The notes under the pieces are model-generated. The model was not told the DNA's origin, did not search any database, and saw only the letters and a program-made list of their open reading frames with translations. A stretch of 63,082 bases of DNA, the filler included, from Bigelowiella natans CCMP2755 (Eukaryota; Protista; Cercozoa), in NCBI GenBank assembly GCA_000320545.1. It is 5 parts of 5 records of this genome, joined end to end, with 100 filler letters (N's around TTAATTAATTAA, not from the genome) between each part and the next. Parts side by side here need not be neighbours in the genome. Positions count along the whole stretch, not along the records: positions 28,404 to 40,613 come from ADNK01000390.1; positions 40,714 to 50,969 come from ADNK01001841.1; positions 51,070 to 58,535 come from ADNK01003140.1; 2 more parts are not named here. One strand, given 5' to 3'. A program made the translations under genes and the position numbers. This document shows positions 39,634 to 51,214 of the stretch, in pieces. The first letter of the stretch is position 1. Each line of letters begins with the position of its first letter.

Positions 39634-39683
<50 letters not shown>

Positions 39684-40513
39684 TTGTATTTATGTACTTC
39701 ATCACAAATGCGTTTGTCTTTAGGTACGACCTGAAGCGTACCCTGGGCGACATATCGAGCGCAATGTCCTTGAGTTCCCGCTACACACACTATCCCCCCC
39801 CACCCTCCGCGGCGAACGGCTTTTTGTCCTCCGCGGGGGGTGCTGCAAGTGGGGGCAGTGCGCCCCTCCATCTTCCAGATCCCAGCGACGCAACACGATA
39901 TCAGGAGAACCTCCACCGCTGCTCGAAGGCCTTGAAGTTCCTCACGGGGAAAAACTCTGATGCTGGGGAAAGGGGCTTGTCCCTTGAAGTGTTGAAGAGG
40001 TACGGCATTGGGTGCGTCACAATCAGGGGGGGTAGCAGCAACAGAGGCCCTCTCGATCTAGGCGACGGTTATCACCATCACCACCACCCTGCCGCCCATC
40101 ATCATCGTCAGGGGGCGGGGGAGGAGGAAGGGGGGGGGAGAGATGTCGAGGCTGCTTCGGAAGAAGAGCTGTTCATCGCCTTCCCGTGGACGGAAAGAGT
40201 GGTTTATGGAGACACAACCGCCTCCTCCTCATCGTCGTCGTCGTCATCATCATCATCATCATCATCGATTCCTCCTCCTCCCTCCTACCGCGTGCTTCGC
40301 TGGAAGCTGCTGCCGTTGAGTCGCGCGCTAAAGGGAGAGCTCGATGGCGGCGTTGGCGGCCTGCAGAGCGCCGACAGGGCGCTCCCCCCCTTGCAATTTG
40401 AGCCCCGAGGAGGCGTGTTCGGGTTCTTCGGGGAGCACACGGTTGACGACGACGCTGAGGAGGTGGTGCTGTGCGAGACGGAATTCGACGCGATGATGGT
40501 CGCTCAGTACACG
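38844..40513 (+). CDS. Twinkle / T7 gp4-like organellar DNA primase(-helicase), N-terminal part, truncated by spacer
   Basis: Arg/Ser-rich presequence; zinc-binding domain ECPLCDNPRREPWKFYIFLKGGRYKCYSCNRAGTW|YDLK; RGLSLEVLKRYGIG; FPW; FEPRGGVFGFFGEHTV; TOPRIM start EVVLCETEFDAMMVAQYT. The helicase domain is not in this contig. Confidence 0.85.
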
Positions 40514-40516
40514 GTG

Positions 40517-40569
<53 letters not shown>

Positions 40570-40613
40570 ATATGTAGTGTGTACGACATATAAGAGAGAG
40601 TAGGGAGGGGGGA

Positions 40614-40713
40614 NNNNNNNNNNNNNNNNNNNNNNNNNNNNNNNNNNNNNNNNNNNNTTAATTAATTAANNNNNNNNNNNNNNNNNNNNNNNNNNNNNNN
40701 NNNNNNNNNNNNN
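40614..40713. other. Artificial contig spacer (N44-TTAATTAATTAA-N44)
   Basis: Same 100-bp spacer. Confidence 0.98.
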
Positions 40714-40851
40714 ATAAGTAGCATGTGGCGCAGACATATTCAAAGGAAAGCAATCCGTCGTATCTTGCCCATGCGATGGACCGGCCGAGCCCGAGCTTTG
40801 TATGGGGCACCCTCTTTGCTGGTGGCGGCATCAAAAGAATTTATCCCCGGA

Positions 40852-40923
<72 letters not shown>

Positions 40924-40938
40924 CACAATGTGCATCAG

Positions 40939-41141
40939 GCCGCCAGAGTGCCGCTATCATGGACGCAAAGCGAAAGATCATAGCGTTAGATGTGAGCGAA
41001 CGGGACGATGAGGATGGGGATGAGGATGAGGATGAGGACGAGAATGAGGGAGAGGAGGGAGAGGACATTCCCGCAGAAGAAGAAGCAGAAGCACCCGCTA
41101 GCGATGATGAAGAAAACAACGACAATGGAGGTCAAAATTAA
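40939..41141 (+). CDS. Probable terminal exon (acidic tail) of a gene truncated by the spacer
   Basis: After acceptor catcag: GRQSAAIMDAKRKIIALDVSERDDEDGDEDEDE...GGQN*. The parent gene cannot be identified. Confidence 0.35.
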
Positions 41142-42095
41142 GTGCGTAGCAGGATCACAATGTCAACATAATATCTAGGCATTGCATGCCACGCAGGTGC
41201 AAATTGACACGAATGATGATCGATCTATTCGGCTCTGGCTGAGCTTGTATGGCTGCGCGTTCCATCCGATTCTACGATACCACACTAGCACACCATGCAT
41301 GTCGCATGCGCGCAGTTAACAATTAAACATCCATGCAATAGGCTTGATAGAGCTTAAAATGCCCTTCTTCTCAAAGTCCCACATTTACGATGTGTACGAG
41401 CATCTAGACATGCATAGTAGACTATGCGCGCGTTCATCAAATAGCTCTATCTGCTACACATCGTGTACACTGCAGTCATCGTATCTACACGGCTACACTG
41501 TGCAGCCGCAGCAACAGCACGTGGCGGGGCTTAATCACCGCGTCATGCATGTGTGCTTTGACACTGGCACACATGAACGTAGCAGGTAGCACATACCGTA
41601 TCTTAGCACTCATGATCATCCCATGGCTATAGTATGTAGCAGCATTATCAAGAATTGCATAAATATGACACATGTACATGTACAACTGCTGCGCTGTTAC
41701 GATGTAGTACTTGCCGCGCACACGGTAGAAATAGCAGAGCCACTCCAGCAACAACACATCAACAAAGCGCCTTTCATCAAGGTTACCAAAAGTAGTTGCA
41801 AGCATCTAATAATAATGATTTGGATCGATTAATGGTATGAGAGAGGTTTCTACGAAACGTACGACATGTGCTCTATACACGTTTCGTGCAGGTCAGTCGA
41901 CGACGAAATCATCGTGCGTGGTATCTCGAATCCCACCGATTCGCACGTGAATATTTACTACGAGGAAGGTCTAGTCTAGATGGATAGAAGTTAAATACCA
42001 TGAACTAAAATCAAATCAAGGAGTAATAGCACCCCGGTAGGTATGTATTCATAATTGCATTAACAATTAACAATTATTATTACTGAGAGAAGGGA

Positions 42096-43032
42096 TCACC
42101 AGTCGTCCGATGCATTGAGATCATCATCGGAAACATCATCTGCATCGACATCTGCGTCTAATCGTTCTCTATCGTTCATTGAGGGCCTGCCCTCATGCCG
42201 GATTCTTCGAAGCTCCTCGTCATTCTTTTCCTCTTCCTTCTCTATATCTGCAATGGACTTGCCGGTGGATTTCAAGAACCACATTTTCTGTACTAGAGGC
42301 TGTTTGATCGTGGGAAACCATGTCATCGTTGCTTTTACGAGGGGGGGGAGGGGGGGGGGGATCAAGGAAGTGCTTCCGAGCTTCTGTTCTGTCCCTCGGA
42401 AACGCCGTTTTGTGAAAGCCGATTGTAGATTTTGCAACGTCTTCTCGTAGCCCTGGAAATTACCTAAAACATCCAGAAATCACCTGAAACATTTTCGCAT
42501 CGGGGAAGTGCGTTCTTCTATATGAATATAGTCTGATTATTTAGAACGGATGAGTCCCTTTTCTGTGCATAGTTTGTCGGTAAATGCACATGCCATACAG
42601 ACCTAAAAAGTCAGATCTCGGAACCCACAAACGACTCATATTTTTCTCGGAATCCTTATCATCAGCGGACTAGTAACGACCTCGCTTGAACCGGCATCAG
42701 TAATTACATTATATTTATACTATGCGACAATAATAATTTATTTGAATTTAGGATATTTATCACTAAATTTGGACCGGCCGAAGGCCAATTGTGCTGATTA
42801 TTCGTTTGTATGGGGTCAGTGCCGTGGCGCTAATTGCTATCGAAGTAGCCCCCATTCGACCGTTCGAGGTATGTGACGAAAGCTCTTTCATTTGGGGAGA
42901 ACGTCGAAATTTAACCAGTATAATTGAACCCCACCTCCCTCCCCTCAATCCTGGGTGGGAAAAAACGTCAGCCCTTGCAATTGCGCCGCTGCCTCCTCCC
43001 CTTTTCAAGGAACGCCTGACTGAGATTTGCAA
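42096..43032 (-). CDS. Hypothetical small multi-exon protein with acidic C-terminus
   Basis: In-phase exons FREKYESFVG|LYGMCIYRQTMHRKGTHP|RTHFPDAKMFQ|GYEKTLQNLQSAFTKRRFRG...TMTWFPTIKQPLVQKMWFLKSTGKS...ASDDW*. The 5' end is unresolved. Confidence 0.55.
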
Positions 43033-43068
43033 TTTTGAACATTCTTTTTTCCCAGCGCAAGCACAGCT

Positions 43069-45411
43069 ATGTGGAGGTTCGCCGCTCGAAAAAGCCTACC
43101 CCTCCTCCGCCTGGGCGCAACCACGAGCGACCGTCTAGCTAGGCTGCGTGTGCTGCGGAATGACGAGAGGGCGTTTCGAGCGACGATGATGGGAAGCAGC
43201 AACCGGCACCTCCACACCTCTGGCTTTTATCTCCTTCGGCACAACCACCGCAGCCGGCAGAAACAACAGCAGCACATACAATCTTACGAATCCCCCCTAC
43301 CGTTATCTTCTTCAACGGTAGTAGTGTCGTCCATACATTGGGGGCGGATGCTCAGTACCACATCCGCTGGGGACGGCGAGGGGGAGAAGCCATCCACCGC
43401 CAGCAGCAGCAGCACCGACGGCGCCGAGCAGGTTGAGAATGAAAAAAAGAAGGAGCGCCGGCAGTTTGGGAAGAAGGACGCGGCAGACGACGAGGGGGGG
43501 GAGGACGGGAATGCAGGCGGCAAAAAGAAAAAGAAAAGGGTCTTCAAAATGAAACGGACGAGCAGCAGCCCAATAGGAAAGATCATTCGCTACTCGATAT
43601 TCCTCGGTGTGGCAGGGGGGCTCGGCTACTGCATCTACAAGATACGGCAGCCCGAATTCACAATGCCTCTTCTCCTCGAAAACCTCGACCAGAATGGCGT
43701 CTGCTACATCGCCAACGCCTTCTACTACTACCTACAATTCACGGGCGCGGCGCTCGAGTGGCGCGAAGCAATGGCCAATTCTAACGGCGTGGCGCACCTT
43801 ATCAACTACATCAATGGCAACAACACGCCCGAGGCTCAAAGGGTCGGCATGTCGCTCCTGTCGCTTCTGGCCGAGTACGAGAAGACGCGCCCCTATCTCC
43901 GCAACACCACCGTGTTCAAAACGGCTGCGCACTATCTTAACAGCGACGACGTGGAGGTCAAAGGCGCGTCGCTGAACGTTCTCATCTACATGTTCCAGGA
44001 CAAGCCGTCGGCCACGCTCGTCGTTGATAGCGGCGTGCTGAAGCTGATGTGCAACATCGCCGCCAAGGCCTTCAAGGAGGGCCCGGAGCGTTTCGCGGGG
44101 GAGCTCGCTTTGCAGGCGATCAGTAAGATTCCCAACAACTACCCGGGGGGGGCGAGGGCTCTGATGAAGAAGGGCCTCGACGAGCAGCAGCTAAACTGCA
44201 TCTTCGCGGCCATGCACTCCGATCTGATCCAGCTAGAGAGGCAGGGGGACTTCGATAAGGCGCTCAAGGTCGCTTCCGAGTGCATTGCAATGAACCCGCA
44301 GGCGCCCGAATTCTACCAGATCTCAGCCCGCATCCAGTCCTCCCAAGGCAACCTTGAAGGCGCGATTTGGAACATGAAGAAGGCCGTGAAGTTCGGGCAC
44401 AAGGAGCCCCAGCACAAGACCTTCCTCGTGCAGCTGCTGTTAGAGAGCGGCCGGCCGAAGTACCTCCAGGATGCAAGAGACCTGCTAAACAAGCTAGTGA
44501 ACGATCAAACCGCGCTCGGCAAGCTCAGCAGCGGCCAGCAGATGATGGACGACGACGCAGCGGTGGGGGGGATCGCCGTGCACAGGGACGAGAAGATGGA
44601 GAACCTGAGCAAGGAGATCCGCGTCTCGCAGATGTACATGCAAATGGTGAAGGCCGACCTCATGCTGCGAGACTATAGAAGTGCATCCGGGCACGTGCAC
44701 GAATGGCTAAAGCGGTCTCCCAATTCGGCGCCCGCGCTCTACTCGAAGGCCAAGGTTCTGTCGCACAGGCAGCGCTACCCGGAGGCGCTCACGGCTGTCA
44801 ACGAGTCGCTGGGCATCAACCCCCAGCGGCCAGAGTCGCTGTACCTTCGCGCGTTCCTCTTGTACAAGCTCGGGAAGGCCGACGAGTCTCTGGACGTGTG
44901 CCATAAGGTTGTGCGGCTGCTGCGCCGAGACGTCACCCGCGGGGAGAGGGTTCCCAACCTACACCTCCTCATGGGGAAGATATACGAGGGCAAAGAGCAG
45001 TTCTCCAAAGCAGAACACAGCTACGAAATGCTAGTGAAGGCCGACCCGTCGCGCCCCATGCCCCACTTCCGCCGAGGCCGCGCCCTCCTCAAGGCGGGGC
45101 AGGAGGGGAAGGCCAATAGCGAGTTCGGCGAGGTTCTCAGACTGTGGAGCGACGTGTGTATAGAAAGAAAATCCTGCAAGAACTACTTCTACCGTAACCA
45201 GGCCGCCGCGAACGCGATGAAATTCATCGGGCAAAGATGCAACGGAGTTGAGTGTAGGATACCGCAGAAGGCTGTTGTAGTAGAGACGAAAACCGAGGGA
45301 GGGACGGCAGGCTCCCAGCAGCCGCCAAGTCCGCCTCGGCAGATGATATCGGGGGAGTTGGACATCAAAGACATGTGCGGAATGTACGCACGGTTGAAGT
45401 CGGCAGATTAA
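43069..45411 (+). CDS. Intronless, probably mitochondrion-targeted single-TM protein with ARM-like and TPR repeats (780 aa)
   Basis: Arg-rich acid-poor presequence MWRFAARKSLPLLRL; TM IIRYSIFLGVAGGLGYCIY; ARM-like helices (GVAHLINYI, VDSGVLKLMCNIA); TPR-like repeats (DFDKALKVASECIAMNPQAPEFY, RYPEALTAVNESLGINPQRPESLYLRAFLLYKLGKADES, FSKAEHSYEMLVKADPSRPMPHFRRGRAL); strong GC3 coding bias. Confidence 0.85.
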   Translation: MWRFAARKSLPLLRLGATTSDRLARLRVLRNDERAFRATMMGSSNRHLHTSGFYLLRHNHRSRQKQQQHIQSYESPLPLSSSTVVVSSIHWGRMLSTTSAGDGEGEKPSTASSSSTDGAEQVENEKKKERRQFGKKDAADDEGGEDGNAGGKKKKKRVFKMKRTSSSPIGKIIRYSIFLGVAGGLGYCIYKIRQPEFTMPLLLENLDQNGVCYIANAFYYYLQFTGAALEWREAMANSNGVAHLINYINGNNTPEAQRVGMSLLSLLAEYEKTRPYLRNTTVFKTAAHYLNSDDVEVKGASLNVLIYMFQDKPSATLVVDSGVLKLMCNIAAKAFKEGPERFAGELALQAISKIPNNYPGGARALMKKGLDEQQLNCIFAAMHSDLIQLERQGDFDKALKVASECIAMNPQAPEFYQISARIQSSQGNLEGAIWNMKKAVKFGHKEPQHKTFLVQLLLESGRPKYLQDARDLLNKLVNDQTALGKLSSGQQMMDDDAAVGGIAVHRDEKMENLSKEIRVSQMYMQMVKADLMLRDYRSASGHVHEWLKRSPNSAPALYSKAKVLSHRQRYPEALTAVNESLGINPQRPESLYLRAFLLYKLGKADESLDVCHKVVRLLRRDVTRGERVPNLHLLMGKIYEGKEQFSKAEHSYEMLVKADPSRPMPHFRRGRALLKAGQEGKANSEFGEVLRLWSDVCIERKSCKNYFYRNQAAANAMKFIGQRCNGVECRIPQKAVVVETKTEGGTAGSQQPPSPPRQMISGELDIKDMCGMYARLKSAD

Positions 45412-45866
45412 CTCCAGGCCATCGCTACCTCTTCTGAATAGGGAGCAGGGTGGTCTCCAATTGAACAGTTGCGTCGGATTGGCGGCGGTGCACTACTGAA
45501 CGTCAAACATGAGTTTAACACGCTAGCGTTGTATGAGGCGCGAGATGCTGAACTGTCTAGCTGTGGCGCTGGATGTAAAATCACAGCGAATAGCTCACAT
45601 GCATAGCCGAACATAATCTAGATAATGAGTATCATGCTTGTAGAAGTGCCTAGCAAGTTGGTATGAAAAGCTGCGAGTTATGCTACATCGTAGTATGTGG
45701 GGATACATGAATAGAGCGGCATGTTAAGGTGGCACGCTGAATCAACGAGCGATCAGCTTAGATGCTTTTTGCTCTAGCGCTGCTAAATCACTTGTTCATG
45801 AATTTCTTGCGATTGCAAATCAGCTAGTTGCTTTGCGTATCGATTATACACATGGCGAGCTTCGCC

Positions 45867-46374
45867 GCAAAATCGGTGTGCAAGCAAAATCGGTTTTTTG
45901 ACATTGCAAAATCGATTTTGCACCGTGCAAAATCGGTTTTGCGTGCAAGTTGGTCACAGTGCTGATTGGCACCCCCCCCAATCCCAACCCACACGCGCAG
46001 GAACGTGCCTGTGTTCCAGTGTTTGCTCTTGCATTGTCCACCACGCTAGCGCACGATGAGCTTCCGTTTCTTTCCACACCTTGTTTTTTGGCGTGGAGAG
46101 CAGACGTGGTGGACGTGGTCAGTTTGTGTGTTGTTTGCTTGTGGGGACACGCAACCCCACTTGTGCAGGTTTGATGACTCTGTCAGAGTCGCCTCTTTCA
46201 GACCCGGCTAGCCGGCTTGTGCAGGGCATTTTCACGCACACGTGTCGGTCAAAAACTTCATTTTTGCACGAAAAATCGGTGATTCACCGATTCTGGTCAA
46301 AACATCGATTTTGGACATGCAAAATCCGTTTTTGCAACGTCAAAAAACCGATTTTGCTTGCACACCGATTTTGC
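45867..46374. mobile_element. MITE-like non-autonomous DNA transposon with long terminal inverted repeats
   Basis: Left end GCAAAATCGGTGTGCAAGCAAAATCGGTTTTTTGAC is the exact reverse complement of the right end, extending imperfectly to ~70 bp; the AAAATCG(G/A) motif is reiterated subterminally; no coding capacity; no clear TSD. Confidence 0.8.
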
Positions 46375-46981
46375 TGGAAAGGCTAACAAGCAGCGCTACG
46401 TACAAGCGATGATAGCATAGTGCATCCATCGGTTGCGCCACCTCCCATCGTATTCGGCGATCCTCGTACGAATGAAGCTAGTATAGATATAGACATAATG
46501 AGTGCTAGCTTAGCTACATATTAGGATGACAATTGAAAGATTTAATCATAACCATGATGAATACTGCTAGGCGTAGGAGTATTATGTTGCAGAGCAAGTA
46601 CAGCTTGCTAGCTTGCGTGACGTCAAATCTGGATCTGCCATGCTGCTGCGAGGTACATTAATTTGTGCGCCACACATCCATCCATGCATGCGCTCCTATT
46701 CGACCGCCATCCGCACCGTCATTATATATCATACATTCGTCTACATATCCGCATCCTTAATCAAATCTACATATACACAATTAACATCTTCTTCATCACG
46801 CCAGCTAGATCTCGCTCTACACATATTAAGCTGGCTGTAGCGGCTACTTTAGCAGACACAAAGAATCCACGTCTCTATATTAGATCTGGCTTGAGACACC
46901 ACGCACCACGGTACCATCATCCGGGCAAGGGAGCTCATCATCGCAATACATGCAGCAGCTATACATGATGATGGTGTGGCC

Positions 46982-48560
46982 TTAGAACAGCTCGATAAAC
47001 TGCAGATCCAAGAATCTCTCCTTCGGGTGTGCCATCCGTCTATATTCTGCTCGGTTAAGAGGAGTGGACAAACACATAAATAGGGGTTATTTACTCATCA
47101 TGATTTCTCTATCATCAACCATGCATTGGGTTGGACGAAGATACCACTGAAAACAGACGCCAATGACCAATGCATCCTTTTTCGTACGCATCTGTGAACA
47201 AACGGATTACTATATTAACGCGATGCCGGCGCTTTCAATACCGACGATTTGTTGTTTCTACTGCGTTAGTTCATGACGCAAAAAAGCCGAAAACCACTGA
47301 AATTACTGCGAGCCTAATCCGCTCTTCAATCTTAGATTTTGGCTTGTTGAATGCATTGTTGCGAGAAGTTATCAGCGCTCAAATATTCATGACGAGGTGG
47401 CCTCTTATTTGATGGTCTCTAGCGCGACCAGCGGACGAATATACGAAGGAGCAATAATATCCATCAACTCGGATGCAAACAGAGAAAACGGCAGCGGCTC
47501 GGCTTCACCGGGCACACCCCAGGGACAAAACCATCGATGATCGCCGAGTATTTTCTCTAGAGTTCTACGAAGTATGGCTGCCTTACCCGACTACGCAGCC
47601 AGTGCGGTGCTTTCCCTGGTTGCAGTGGATGAGCGCGGGCTGATTTGCGGGCTCCATGACCGCGGTCACGGCGGCGCGGACAACCTGTTCATACCAGGGA
47701 TTGTAGGATGGACAACGCGATTTTCTCATTACTTGCCTACGTCTTGCAGAAGAAAGGCTGCTGCTGCTTCTCGCGTTGTTCTAATAGTATGCAGCACTGG
47801 GGAAGCGTAGCGTATCGACCTTCGGAGACATGTGCGTGAAGGGCTCCTTGTTGCCGGTAGCTGGAAAGTGCATCAGCGTAATACCTAACATCAAAGCAGC
47901 GAGAGGGAATGACTCGAGATCGTGGTGCTGAGAATATAGCCGTACTGTTTTCTTTCTCTCTTTTCCCCGTAGATTCTACTACGACTATACGGGCCTCGTC
48001 ACTCCACCACAAATTTCTACAAAATACAGCTACTATTACTACCATATTTTTTGATGAATTTAAGGTTTGCTGGAGGGTACTCCTCTTGGCACATATACAC
48101 TATCGTCCTTTCACAAAAAAAGAACCACAGGGTGAGGGGGCGGGTGTACGTCAGCCATTAATTCAGTTTCGGCAAGCCAGTCAACATGCCAACGGGAGGC
48201 GGACATATTCATATCACGTGTCTTACTTGAGCCGGAGCGTGGTAAGAAATGGAAAGTTCTTCTTGGTAGGAAACCCAGAGCGATATATTCCCTAATAATA
48301 ACGAAAAATGTTGGTTATTGGTGGAAAGGCGGATGTTCTCGTTTCAACGAGAGGTGCTCTGAGATACATATTTGGGATACATATCTCCCGACACAGAGAG
48401 GCAGCACCTTGTCCACCATGGCAAAATTCACCGGGGGGTGGAGGACCAAGTCCCTATCATTGTGTTAGTTTCGAGATCAGGCACAAAATTTCCAATGCTA
48501 TTTTCAAACTTGATCCGTCTTGGTAACTCACAGAGTGGGGTCGTGCTTCCCGTCGTCATC
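46982..48560 (-). CDS. Siw14/OCA/PFA-DSP family atypical dual-specificity (inositol pyrophosphate) phosphatase, multi-exon, absent from the ORF track; N-terminal exons may extend to ~49110
   Basis: Spliced DLVLHPPVNFAMVDK|GIYRSGFPTKKNFPFLTTLRLK|TIVYMCQEEYPPANLKFIKKYG|ITLMHFPATGNKEPFTHMSPK|VVRAAVTAVMEPANQPALIHCNQGKHRTGCVVG|CVRKRMHWSLASVFSE|YRRMAHPKERFLDLQFIELF*. Intact CX5R active-site loop. Confidence 0.92.
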
Positions 48561-49369
48561 GTCAATCTGATTGATAATTGTTGTTGCTCAGCGCCTTGCT
48601 TCACCATCAATTTTAAAGACAACAGCTAATCCCGTTCCCCCCCCCTCGCTATAGAACGCACGATCATGTCAAAGTCTATCCCACAACTGGCTTAAAACGC
48701 CTCATCAGCCGTGAACTTGCTTCCCCTAACCCAACCACACCGAAGCCATTCCCCGATGCGATGCCTCTCGCTCGGAATGTGTGGGCGTTTTTTGTGTTGT
48801 CAGATATATTCCGAATGAGATACTTTTTAATCCGGATAACATCGATACATAGCTCACAGGATTGCATTTCTTCTTTCGGCTTGATCTGATCACCGAGGAG
48901 AACCTATTTATCGCGAACGACAAGCGGATGTGGCCGGGAATTAGGTCGGCCCGTTGGCACTTTTCTTCTTGGATCTTGTCGCAATCGTAAGATCCCCCTT
49001 TGTTTTCTGCAAGCCAGTCTTAAGATCAGGAATATTTTGAGTGAGACATTCCTTTTAGATCTATTTTGATAGTACGACAACAATTTTAATATTTTTTTGT
49101 GATTTTTATACGCTTTTCTCCATCTTTGCACGGCGACCACGTCTGCTTTCGGACTCACAATCGGGAGAATGGCTCCTAACCGCCCGTCTCTTGTCTATGG
49201 TACCGCGACCCTTCGGCGGACTGGTGAGCGTACATCGCATTTGATGCACATATTTTTTCGCCGACGAAGTTCAGTCGTTCGTCAGAAACAATTGCATTGT
49301 TTTGCGAGTGAGAAGCAATTTTGTAAGATCCAGAGTTCCCAGTTTTTCGCGTTGATTCGACCCGGCCTC

Positions 49370-50391
49370 GGGTTCGGTTTATAGAAGGAGAGTAGCCATA
49401 CAGCCATCTAGAGCTGCCGTCGGCGGACATGCCATGCGTATACTAGCAAATTATGCGAAAATATCTGGCTGAATTTCGCTCGATTTGCACTGGTCCGCAA
49501 ATACGCGCCGAGGCTGTTTTTTTGGTGTCATCGTCGCTTTCAGTGAAGTATGTTCTGAGTTGTTGCCATCTTTCCCTTCCCCAGGTCAAACGGGTGCTGG
49601 TCCACCCTTTCTTCTTCTTCCTCTGTCTCTTATCGTTACTATCAGCAGCCTCATCGCATTCAGCAACTTCCATGGGCAAGTTCATGTAGGAATAGCGCCG
49701 AAGCAAGCTGCAGCTTCTGTCGGGCTCACCGTCCCGTGCCATTCGTCGTCCTGGAGAAACCATAAACATCACAGCTTTTCTTCTCTTTCTTTCCTACCGC
49801 GTCGCGAAACGCCTTCCCACAGAATCTTCCCCGCCTCTGCCTCGTTGGCTCAAGAGGAGGGCGACGTGGCAGTGACGGCAACACCAAAGATGGTCATGAG
49901 AAAGGTGGAAGTAAATCGACGATCGAATGCACTTTCCGATTTCCTTTCACTCTTACCTCCATTTGTCGCGACCAAATCGCCAAAATCTCTTCCGCTCACT
50001 ATCCGTCTACCTGGCAGAAGTACGAGGATGTAATGCGGGACTCGTTCTTCGGAGAGACGGATGTCTACAACCTGCCTTTTCTGGAAACAATCACGTGCGT
50101 AGTAAACAGCGGCGGTTGTAACCCAAAAAAATACGTTCGGACTCCTCCCACCTCTCTCGAATGAGCGCCAACCCTAGCACGCAATCTAATGTAATCCTCG
50201 CTGATAATACCCATATCAACCTCGTTTATTGTTGCTGGCAGGGAAGGCAAGACGACAAGGCTGGTGAAGGATCAAGACACGGGGAACATTCTCGTCGGGT
50301 AGTAGTAGCAGTAGCGAGCACAACGCTAAGATTTCGGATTGTACCGGATGTCGAGACCCTGTTGTCGTCGTCGTCGTCGTCGTCGTCGTAG

Positions 50392-50423
<32 letters not shown>

Positions 50424-50651
50424 CCATGACCTTTAAGAATAGTCCGATACTGGATGTAAGGAGGATTTGACAGTTTTGCAATATGATAGGTATAAGGAGG
50501 ACCTCGCCCTTCCGGAAGGTGCCGCCGCGATCAAATCGAAGCACTTGATGGAATGAGCACCGAACAGAGAGAGTCGTAGTAAACCATAGAAAAGAACTGT
50601 AAGAGAGCAATGCGCGCGCACGTGCCGTCCGCACAGTCCAACGAATTGTCC

Positions 50652-50693
<42 letters not shown>

Positions 50694-50855
50694 AAATCCC
50701 CCGTTCCACTAGGAGTGCAAATTGATGGTGATTCGGTGGTGCTCAAGAAGATCGAGGAGGGAGTCTTAGGTATGATTTGGATCGAGAGAGGAGAGTGGGA
50801 GGGCATGGGGGAGGACAGATAATCCAACCAGCTTCAGTATTCTGATACATCTGGA
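49370..50855 (-). CDS. Unresolved multi-exon gene fragment (hypothetical)
   Basis: Several AG/GT-bounded coding-like segments on the minus strand separated by microsatellite introns; neither frame nor family could be fixed. Confidence 0.3.
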
Positions 50856-50969
50856 AAGAACCACATGCGCTTTCTCGCAGCATCATGAACATCCCATCTC
50901 TCATTAGTCAGCCATTGGTGTCGTCCCCCCCCCCTCCCCCCCCCTCTCCCTTCCTCCCTCCCCCCGTGT

Positions 50970-51069
50970 NNNNNNNNNNNNNNNNNNNNNNNNNNNNNNN
51001 NNNNNNNNNNNNNTTAATTAATTAANNNNNNNNNNNNNNNNNNNNNNNNNNNNNNNNNNNNNNNNNNNN
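50970..51069. other. Artificial contig spacer (N44-TTAATTAATTAA-N44)
   Basis: Same 100-bp spacer. Confidence 0.98.
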
Positions 51070-51179
51070 CTTCTCTCAAGGCCCCCCCCTCGGCAGGAAC
51101 GAGGGGGGCCCGCCCTTGAATCTGGCTGCGGCGGGGTGGGGGGGGGAGGGATAAAACAGGGAACATATATATAAATATT

Positions 51180-51214
<35 letters not shown>

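Noticed and set aside
40714-41141. Continuation of Twinkle across the spacer
   Set aside because: No DxD or helicase motifs, no phase-compatible splice found, and adjacency across the spacer is unverified.
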